In this document: one piece after another, positions 57,639 through 64,000 of the stretch | Layout of the letters: the number at the start of each line of letters is the position of its first letter | Numbering within the stretch: position 1 is the stretch's first letter | Source of the DNA: Candidatus Micrarchaeia archaeon | GTDB lineage: Archaea > Micrarchaeota > Micrarchaeia > Burarchaeales > JAVZCV01 | Length of the DNA stretch: 64,000 nucleotides | Assembly: GCA_038874215.1 (NCBI GenBank) | Contig: JAVZCV010000002.1 | Span: 6,664 to 70,663, forward strand | Reading direction: 5' to 3' | Made by a program: the position numbers and the translations under genes | Notes under the pieces: generated by a model | The model's database searches: none | Seen by the model: the letters and a program-made list of their open reading frames with translations, nothing else | What the model was told of the DNA's origin: nothing

Positions 57639-58730
57639 GTGTGGTATTCTATCGGTATGGCTGTTGATATAATAACCCACTCAATTGCGCAGATTGATGT
57701 ACCACTGCTCACTACCATATCGTTTTTGATAAACCACAAAATTTACGGCAATGTTTTCCTCTCATTTTTATTTTTATTTGCACTCATATCCTCAAAGAAG
57801 AAGGCATCAACCTTAATTTCAGTTTTTCTGACGGTTGTGCTTTTCATACTGCTAAAAGATTTCTATGGCATAGGAAGGCCGTGCTTTGCGATTCCATCAA
57901 AAGTCGCCTGTCCCACTGATTATTCATTTCCAAGCGGCCACGTCTCAATAGGCGCATGTTTAACCGCATCTGTGGTAGGAACTGTCCTGTTCATTCCATA
58001 TCTCTTAATGCTGGTCCTCATTTCATTCAGCAGGATGTACCTGGGCGTTCACATGCTTAACGACATCGTTGGGGGCATAGTTCTTGGCGTATCCGTCTTT
58101 TTTGTAGTGGATAAGCTATTCACAAGGCTCATCAAAAAAGAGCAGAATATTGCATACGAGAAAGACGTGCTCGGAAGACGGCTCCTCCATATAGGATTCG
58201 GCACGATAGTTATCCTATTCATAATGCTCAGCAGCTATCTGCCTTACGGGTTCTACATGCTTGAATTCATGCTCGCAATGTTTTTTTTGATTGGCTTTAT
58301 CATTCTTGATGCAAAGCTGAAAGGAATTCAGCTACCGATTATTGACTACCTTATAGACAAGCTTGAACGGCCGCATGCCTTACCCGCGGAGGGGGCATTC
58401 TGGTACGGTCTGGGCGTGTTGCTTGCATTCTCATATGTTGGCGAGCCAATTAAAACAGCAGCCGTTATATCATTACTCGCTTTTGGGGATGGGCTATCCA
58501 CACTCATAGGCAGGAAAGGAAGAATACCACTACCATACAACAAGAGAAAAACTCTTGAAGGCACGGCTGCCTTTCTAATAGGTGGTTCCTTATCATATTT
58601 TTTCGTAGGCCCTGCAGGTATTCTCCTCTCATTGCTATGCGCGATTGTGGAGACTTTTTACTTTGGCATTGACGATAACTTCCTTGTGCCTCTTACTTGT
58701 GTCATCGTGCTGCGATTGGGGATCATTTAA
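57639..58730 (+). CDS. Fusion membrane protein: PAP2-family phosphatase N-domain plus dolichol-kinase/CTP-transferase-like C-domain
   Basis: PAP2 motifs KDFYGIGRP, PSGH and SRMYLGVHMLND are present. The C-terminal ...LIGRKGRIPLPYNKRKTLEGTAAFLIGG... matches the CTP_transf_1/dolichol kinase signature. Confidence 0.6.
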   Translation: MWYSIGMAVDIITHSIAQIDVPLLTTISFLINHKIYGNVFLSFLFLFALISSKKKASTLISVFLTVVLFILLKDFYGIGRPCFAIPSKVACPTDYSFPSGHVSIGACLTASVVGTVLFIPYLLMLVLISFSRMYLGVHMLNDIVGGIVLGVSVFFVVDKLFTRLIKKEQNIAYEKDVLGRRLLHIGFGTIVILFIMLSSYLPYGFYMLEFMLAMFFLIGFIILDAKLKGIQLPIIDYLIDKLERPHALPAEGAFWYGLGVLLAFSYVGEPIKTAAVISLLAFGDGLSTLIGRKGRIPLPYNKRKTLEGTAAFLIGGSLSYFFVGPAGILLSLLCAIVETFYFGIDDNFLVPLTCVIVLRLGII

Positions 58731-58754
58731 AATATTTGGATAAATACTCATTTT

Positions 58755-59420
58755 ATGGAATCCATAGCAGAAATTGAGAAAGAAGATGCTGCAAGGCGAG
58801 CACTCCAACTTGTTAAAAGCGGGATGACTATCGGTCTGGGCAGTGGCACAACATCAGAGATTTTCATAAAAATGCTCGGGCAACGCGCGCATGAAGAAAG
58901 GTTGAAAGTTAGGTGTATTGCAACATCCGTGCGCTCCGAGAAGGTCGCCAAAAGTGTTGGACTAAATGTTGTTGAGCCAAGAGAAATAGGGGCAATTGAC
59001 ATTGCTTTTGACGGTGCAGACTACGTGGGAAATGGTTTCTTGATAAAAGGCCTTGGCGGCGCTCTCACAAGGGAAAAAATCATCGCATACTGGGCGAGAA
59101 AATTCGTGGTTATGGTTGATAGCTCAAAACTGAAATACCGAAACATTCTGCCTGTTGAGGTTTTGCCTTTTGCAGCATCTTTCCTCTTGAGAAGGCTTGG
59201 GGAATACGGGGAACCACATGTAAGAACCTATAAAAACAAGGCAGCGCTGACAGATAACAAAAACATAATAGTGGATGTATGTCTCCGTAGAAAACCAACA
59301 TCCTCATCAGCAAAAATACTTGAGAAGGAGCTCAATTCCATCCCTGGCGTTGTTGAAAACGGGATTTTCACAAGAAAAGCGCAAATCATAGTAGGAAGCG
59401 CAAAGCCCAAACATATTTAG
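58755..59420 (+). CDS. rpiA: Ribose-5-phosphate isomerase A
   Basis: ...GMTIGLGSGTTSE..., ...AFDGADYV... and ...KGLGGALTREK... are present. Confidence 0.9.
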   Translation: MESIAEIEKEDAARRALQLVKSGMTIGLGSGTTSEIFIKMLGQRAHEERLKVRCIATSVRSEKVAKSVGLNVVEPREIGAIDIAFDGADYVGNGFLIKGLGGALTREKIIAYWARKFVVMVDSSKLKYRNILPVEVLPFAASFLLRRLGEYGEPHVRTYKNKAALTDNKNIIVDVCLRRKPTSSSAKILEKELNSIPGVVENGIFTRKAQIIVGSAKPKHI

Positions 59421-59458
59421 AAAAATCTAAAACAGTCGCCAACATCGGTAAGAAGCGT

Positions 59459-60469
59459 CTATCTCACCTCAACAGTCCTATAGACATCCATTTTTAACTC
59501 AAGCTCAACCTCTCCATGCCTTTTTAGGTTTGTTTCAAGAGCCCTTTTTATTTCAGAAACGCGTTCAAAAGAAAGCTCGTGAGGAACTTCAACGGTTGCC
59601 CTAACCACCATCTTTCCCCCTCTTTCCTCAATGCTCAACTCCCTCAGTTCCGCTCCCTCAACTCCAAGAAGGTTATTCTTTATCGTGTTCCCCACCAACT
59701 CCCTTGTTTTGGCCGTCTGTATGCTCGTCACCATTATGTATGCAAGCGGGATTGAAACAAGCCCCAATAAAACGAGAGATGTACGTATGGCCTTTATCGT
59801 TCCTTCCTCCTGCACTTTTGACCACTTCGGCCCGAAACCCAATACCCAGAAAACAAAGGAACTCGCAACGTTTATCGCAATGAGGTTTGCAAAGAAAAGA
59901 AGAAATGCACCGATGCTTATCTCAAGGCTATAAAGCGCCAGCCCTATACCAACAACACAAAGCGGAGGCAGAAGCGCAGTTGATATCGCCACGCCTATGA
60001 GGCTGGCATTCATTCTCCGTGCTATTGCATATGCACCCGCTCCGCCAGCTGCGAGCGCAATCCCTAAATCAAGCAGCGTTGGCTTCGTCCTATTCATTAT
60101 CTCTGCATGCGGTGCTGTTATCTGCCCGAAAAACATTGAATAGACTATTGTAAGCATAAGGGCTATCCCGACTGCAAGCAAAATGCCTTTCAGCTCTGCC
60201 TCCACAGACCTGTAAAACAGGGGCAAATCACCATGGACCATCGCAAGAGAAATCGCTATCACGGGCGACATGAGAGGGGCAACAAGCATGGCTCCTATTA
60301 TAACAGCCGTTTGCCCGCCTATCAACCCAAAACTCGCTATTATAGTTGATAAAACAACCATCGTGTAATAATCGGGGCATGGCTTCGCATCCTTCTCAAG
60401 CATGGCATAAACTTTAACTTTCTCCTCGGGATCAACCTGCTCTATCGGAAGAGGTATCCTGTCAAGCAT
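59459..60469 (-). CDS. DUF389-like polytopic membrane protein
   Basis: A hydrophobic core with the repeated pattern ...AMLVAPLMSPV.... The family assignment is tentative. Confidence 0.4.
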   Translation of the reverse strand: MLDRIPLPIEQVDPEEKVKVYAMLEKDAKPCPDYYTMVVLSTIIASFGLIGGQTAVIIGAMLVAPLMSPVIAISLAMVHGDLPLFYRSVEAELKGILLAVGIALMLTIVYSMFFGQITAPHAEIMNRTKPTLLDLGIALAAGGAGAYAIARRMNASLIGVAISTALLPPLCVVGIGLALYSLEISIGAFLLFFANLIAINVASSFVFWVLGFGPKWSKVQEEGTIKAIRTSLVLLGLVSIPLAYIMVTSIQTAKTRELVGNTIKNNLLGVEGAELRELSIEERGGKMVVRATVEVPHELSFERVSEIKRALETNLKRHGEVELELKMDVYRTVEVR

Positions 60470-60500
60470 ACTGAAATCTACCCGATGCAGAATAAAAGCT

Positions 60501-62123
60501 TTATCTATACTTCAATGTCGCTTTGAGAAAAGCGAGAAAGAGTGGTGCGGGCCTCTCAAGCCTACTTTTAAATTCGGGATGTGCCTGTGTTGCAACACCC
60601 CAGCCAGTAGGCCATTCTATAACCTCAACTATCTTTCCATCAGGCGATACGCCTGAAATTATCAGCCCAGACTTCTCAAGCATGCTTACATAATCGGGGT
60701 TAACCTCATAGCGATGCCTGTGGCGCTCGCTTATCATCTCGGCGCCGTTATAAGCGAGATGTGCCTTAGTACCGCCAATCAGCCTACACGGATACGCCCC
60801 CAGCCTCATTGTGGCACCTTTATCAATAATCGCCCTTTGTTCTGGCAGATAATCTATCACGGGATATGGCGTTTTCGGGTCTATTTCTGTTGAGTTGGCT
60901 TCTTTTAAGCCCGCAACGTTCCGTGCCCACTCAACAACAGCAAGCTGAAAACCAAAGCAAAGGCCAAGGAATGGAAGTCCATTTTTGCGGGCATACTCAA
61001 TGCAGCATATCTTTCCCTCCGCTCCCCTAACCCCAAATCCGCCAGGTACAATTATCCCGTAGCAGTTTTTTAGTGCTTTTTCCGCATCTTTTATATCCTC
61101 GATCTCCGTGGTTTCTATCCATTCTATCTCCGCCCTGCATCCGAGCCGTGCTCCCGCATGGGCGAGTGCCTCCTTTATGCTCACATAAGCGTCTCTTAGC
61201 GTTGTGTATTTACCAGTTATGCCAACCCTCACTTTCTTTTTTGAGCCCTTTATTCTCAAAACGAGTCCCTTCCACTTTTGCATGTCCCCTCTCTTAGGTT
61301 TAATTCCTAGATTGTTCATTATCCTTCTTCCAACCCCCTGCTTCTCAAAAAGCAAAGGCACTTCATATATCGTATCAACATCGGGGTCGTCTATTATCGC
61401 GTTTTCAGGAACATTGCAGTAGATTGCTATCTTCTTCTTTACTTCTGGCTTCAGTTTTTCCTCCTCCCTGCATATTATCATTGACGGTTGTATGCCCATG
61501 CCCAGAAGAAGTTTTGTCGCATGCTGCGTTGGTTTCGTTTTCTGTTCCCCCGCTGCCTTAAGCATAGGCACATATGTTACTTGCACGAACATAACGTGCT
61601 TTTCCTCAAAAGCAAGCTGCCTCATCGCCTCTATGAAATAAGAATTTTCAAGGTCGCCAACGGTTCCGCCAACCTCCACAAGCACAATGTCTGCATCAAA
61701 GTTATCCCCCACAGACCGAACCATGTCCTTTATCTCGTTTGTGAGATGTGGCACTATCTGGACATCGTACCCGAGATAACCACCTCTTCTTTCTTTCTCT
61801 ATAACATATCTGAATATTTTACCCCCTGTCAGGCTGTTCGTTTTGTTCAGGTCTATGTTTAGAAACCTCTCGTATGTCCCAAAGTCCATATCGCATTCAG
61901 TCCCATCTTCAAGAACAAAAACCTCCCCATGCCTATACGGGTTCATAGTACCGCAGTCAACGTTAAGATACCCATCAAACTTTATCGGCACGACACGGAA
62001 CCCGTAGCACTGCAATATCTTGCCTATAGAAGCAGAGACTATGCCCTTGCCAAGACCAGACATGAGAGAACCGACTACAACGATATAACGCCTTTCCTTC
62101 CTTCCTGCACCCTCACGTTGCAT
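60501..62123 (-). CDS. pyrG: CTP synthase
   Basis: N-terminal synthetase domain ...IVVVGSLMSGLGKGI... and C-terminal glutamine amidotransferase ...GLCFGFQ.... 540 aa. Confidence 0.95.
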   Translation of the reverse strand: MQREGAGRKERRYIVVVGSLMSGLGKGIVSASIGKILQCYGFRVVPIKFDGYLNVDCGTMNPYRHGEVFVLEDGTECDMDFGTYERFLNIDLNKTNSLTGGKIFRYVIEKERRGGYLGYDVQIVPHLTNEIKDMVRSVGDNFDADIVLVEVGGTVGDLENSYFIEAMRQLAFEEKHVMFVQVTYVPMLKAAGEQKTKPTQHATKLLLGMGIQPSMIICREEEKLKPEVKKKIAIYCNVPENAIIDDPDVDTIYEVPLLFEKQGVGRRIMNNLGIKPKRGDMQKWKGLVLRIKGSKKKVRVGITGKYTTLRDAYVSIKEALAHAGARLGCRAEIEWIETTEIEDIKDAEKALKNCYGIIVPGGFGVRGAEGKICCIEYARKNGLPFLGLCFGFQLAVVEWARNVAGLKEANSTEIDPKTPYPVIDYLPEQRAIIDKGATMRLGAYPCRLIGGTKAHLAYNGAEMISERHRHRYEVNPDYVSMLEKSGLIISGVSPDGKIVEVIEWPTGWGVATQAHPEFKSRLERPAPLFLAFLKATLKYR

Positions 62124-62172
62124 ACTTCATTTAATGAATAAAATTATTTAAACACACCTCATTCTCTAAATT

Positions 62173-62688
62173 ATGAATGAAAAAACCCGCAACATCCTCA
62201 CAGTCATCGTCGGTATTATCCTTGGTACAGTCTGCGGCTACCTATTCTACTCAACATACAGGATAGACCTTCCCCTCTCAGTTTTCATTGGCCTCTCCGT
62301 TGCAACAGTCTTCTCGCTCACCCTATACTACATCTCCAAGGGATTTGATGAAAAAACCCGCAACATCCTCACAGTAATCATTGGCATTATCCTAGGAACG
62401 ATATGCGGCTACCTATTCTACTCAACATACAGGATAGACCTTCCCCTCTCAGTTTTCATTGGCCTCTCCGTTGCAACAGTCTTCTCGCTCACCCTATACT
62501 TTGTCTGGAAAGGCACCGAGGATAGCTCAAGGAACATACTAATAATCCTTGCGGGCGTCATCATCGGCGCAATATGCGGCTACATCGCAAATACTACATA
62601 CGGCCTCGGTATTCTCCCATCATTAGTTCTTGCCGGAGTCATCGCGATATTTGCCCCAATCATCATATACTACGTATCCAAGGGCTAG
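62173..62688 (+). CDS. Small membrane protein built from three tandem ~55-aa two-helix repeats
   Basis: The peptide KTRNILTVIxGIILGTxCGYLFYSTYRIDLPLSVFIGLSVATVFSLTLY occurs twice nearly identically, then once diverged. The underlying DNA is a ~165-bp tandem duplication. Confidence 0.5.
   Translation: MNEKTRNILTVIVGIILGTVCGYLFYSTYRIDLPLSVFIGLSVATVFSLTLYYISKGFDEKTRNILTVIIGIILGTICGYLFYSTYRIDLPLSVFIGLSVATVFSLTLYFVWKGTEDSSRNILIILAGVIIGAICGYIANTTYGLGILPSLVLAGVIAIFAPIIIYYVSKG
62188..62517 (+). repeat. Two ~165-bp direct tandem repeat units (about 110 nt 100% identical) inside the CDS 62173..62688. A third diverged unit follows.
   Basis: Seen by direct comparison of the blocks 62188..62352 and 62353..62517. 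Confidence 0.8.
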
Positions 62689-63179
62689 ATGTCCTCAAAA
62701 ATCTCCCATGCTTTCTTCCTCATCGTATCATCAACCCTTACAATCACGACCCCCTCATTCGGTTGCCCATAGACTATAAGCGTTCCGTCAGGTGCAAACA
62801 TCATGGCAACGAGAGCAGCGAGGTCCTCCTCCCCCTCAACATAAACCTTTGAGTTCTCCCTGCTGTTTAAGACGGTGCGCATCACTTCAATGAGTTCATC
62901 GTTTATGGTGCCTGGTTCATTGACAACCCGGTATTCACGGGCGCTGAACGCATCTATCGCCTTGCGGACTCTCTCATCAACAGGCATTCTCTTTATCTTT
63001 CTGTCATAAACAACAACGTGCGGCTTTATCCCACTCAAAATAACCTCATAACTGCTTTCATCCCCTATGCAGACAATGCTCTCGCCGCTTCCGATTTTTT
63101 TAGCAAGCGCTTTTGCGTCCATGAGTTCCCCAAAAGGTTTCCTCAACCGCTGCCGCATCTCCTCGCTGATTTTTTTCAT
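62685..63179 (-). CDS. GTP-dependent dephospho-CoA kinase (archaeal DUF359 family). Probable start at the internal Met MKKISEE.
   Basis: ...LRKPFGELM..., ...IVCIGDESSYEVILSGIKPHVVVYDRKIKR..., ...NEPGTINDEL... and ...EGEEDLAALVAMMFAPDGTLIVYGQPNEGVVIV... match the family. The track ORF has a 63-codon hydrophobic N-extension, which is unlikely to be real. Confidence 0.65.
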   Translation of the reverse strand: MKKISEEMRQRLRKPFGELMDAKALAKKIGSGESIVCIGDESSYEVILSGIKPHVVVYDRKIKRMPVDERVRKAIDAFSAREYRVVNEPGTINDELIEVMRTVLNSRENSKVYVEGEEDLAALVAMMFAPDGTLIVYGQPNEGVVIVRVDDTMRKKAWEIFEDI

Positions 63180-63225
63180 ACACATATATGGAAGCAATAT
63201 AAATAATAAGAATGTACTCTGTTTG

Positions 63226-64000
63226 ATGAAGCTATCCCATACTATGCCAATTCTACTGCTGGCAACCTTCATCTGCACAGCCATAAGCATAAATACAGAC
63301 AAGACGGTGTACACTAAGGGAGAAACGATAATGATTAAGACAGATGAGATCCCACCGACACCGCTCATAATAAGGGTGGGCGATTACATTCTCTTTAACG
63401 AGACACTCTACTCCAATGAATTAAACTACACAGCCTCAATGTTAAACCCAACGGGGGTTTGGCGCATATACTTTGATGGCATAAACGAAACGAAGAGTGT
63501 TTCTGTCATTAACAGCATAAACAGCTCCTCTCTTCTCATCCGCATTCTCAACATGCCAACGCAGAAATACCCGCGAACGTCGCGCGTGTTCTTCATGGCA
63601 AGCGTCAGCATGAACGGCATTCCTATTGAAGATGCTAATGTCTATCTCCTCTCACCCACTGGCCTTTTACCTATGACGGGTTCTGGCGGGCTTTACTCCA
63701 CAGATTACATAATCCCGCCCGATTCTCCTATAAAGCAGCAGGCATTCTACATTCTTGCAATAAAAAATTCATCAGATACTCTTTTAGGAGGCGAATGCTC
63801 AGTGGAAATCAGCGTAGTGCCTGCCCGCATGCATATCGGATTCAGTGAATTGCGTAGTGCCGTGTCTGCTGGATCAAAGATAAGGGTTTTGCCAAACATA
63901 TCCTACGAGACAGGATTAAAGCCAAAAGAACCCACGTGCGTCATACGCATAAACGGGGTTAAAGTAGCAGAAAATTGTATGGCAGAATTCACGCCACCAG
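63226..64000 (+). CDS. Partial secreted protein that runs off the window end
   Basis: An ATG at 63226 is followed by a signal peptide (MKLSHTMPILLLATFICTAISI). The frame is open to the end of the window and is N-x-S/T rich. Confidence 0.4.
   Translation, partial: MKLSHTMPILLLATFICTAISINTDKTVYTKGETIMIKTDEIPPTPLIIRVGDYILFNETLYSNELNYTASMLNPTGVWRIYFDGINETKSVSVINSINSSSLLIRILNMPTQKYPRTSRVFFMASVSMNGIPIEDANVYLLSPTGLLPMTGSGGLYSTDYIIPPDSPIKQQAFYILAIKNSSDTLLGGECSVEISVVPARMHIGFSELRSAVSAGSKIRVLPNISYETGLKPKEPTCVIRINGVKVAENCMAEFTPP

Noticed and set aside
63180-63368. 63-codon hydrophobic N-extension of the DUF359 ORF
   Set aside because: Family members start at the conserved M..LRKPFGEL region. The extension is likely untranslated or a separate tiny membrane ORF.
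1-64000. CRISPR arrays, rRNA genes, IS/transposases, integrases
   Set aside because: I saw no short direct repeats with regular spacers, no rRNA-like conserved stretches and no transposase/integrase-like ORFs. The only notable repeats are intragenic (archaellin 5' blocks and the 165-bp tandem at 62.2 kb).

Overview
This 64 kb window is archaeal chromosome at roughly 45-47% GC. It carries three intron-bearing tRNA genes, several markers that are archaea-specific (thermosome, class I LysRS, aTrm56, TFE, Taw1, EndA, GGR, RpoK, L39e/L31e/LX/S19e, Rpp21, aIF6, SRP54/FtsY) and a euryarchaeal-type archaellum (fla/arl) gene set. Working by eye from the sequence and the ORF track, the main blocks are as follows.

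(1) 0.4-12.4 kb, archaellum locus. flaB1-flaB2-flaC-flaD/E-flaF-flaG plus three small class-III-signal-peptide (pilin-like) genes sit on the + strand. They converge on nif3-flaI-flaJ on the - strand. flaH, a fourth pilin-like gene and a third archaellin lie further right.

(2) 12.7-36 kb, housekeeping block. It contains endonuclease IV, NadC, HDAC, thermosome, GGPP synthase, class I LysRS with tRNA-Lys(CTT) immediately upstream, aTrm56, TFE, intron-containing initiator tRNA, NreA-like protein, diphthine synthase, NAD kinase, Taw1, an unusually long single-chain tRNA splicing endonuclease, RNase HII, a DHH/RecJ-like nuclease and a beta-CASP RNase.

(3) 36.6-38.2 kb: ferredoxin, geranylgeranyl reductase and RpoK.

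(4) 41.6-47.3 kb, conserved - strand operon: PDCD5-like, L39e, L31e, aIF6, tRNA-binding protein, LX, prefoldin-alpha, FtsY. Next to it are S19e, Rpp21, a 148-nt multi-intron tRNA, and divergent SRP54.

(5) 48.3-58.7 kb, glycosylation island. It has four GT4 and one GT2 glycosyltransferases, an epimerase, a methyltransferase and a B12-radical-SAM enzyme. It is flanked by a FlaK/PibD-type prepilin peptidase and a PAP2-dolichol-kinase-like fusion.

(6) 58.7-64 kb: RpiA, CTP synthase, a tandem-repeat membrane protein and DUF359 dephospho-CoA kinase.

I saw no CRISPR array, rRNA or obvious transposase. The most interesting candidates are the uncharacterised pilin-like genes embedded in the archaellum locus. 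Second is the pairing of tRNAs with T-loop insertions and a three-unit-like EndA. All identifications come from motif recognition without database searches and need confirmation.
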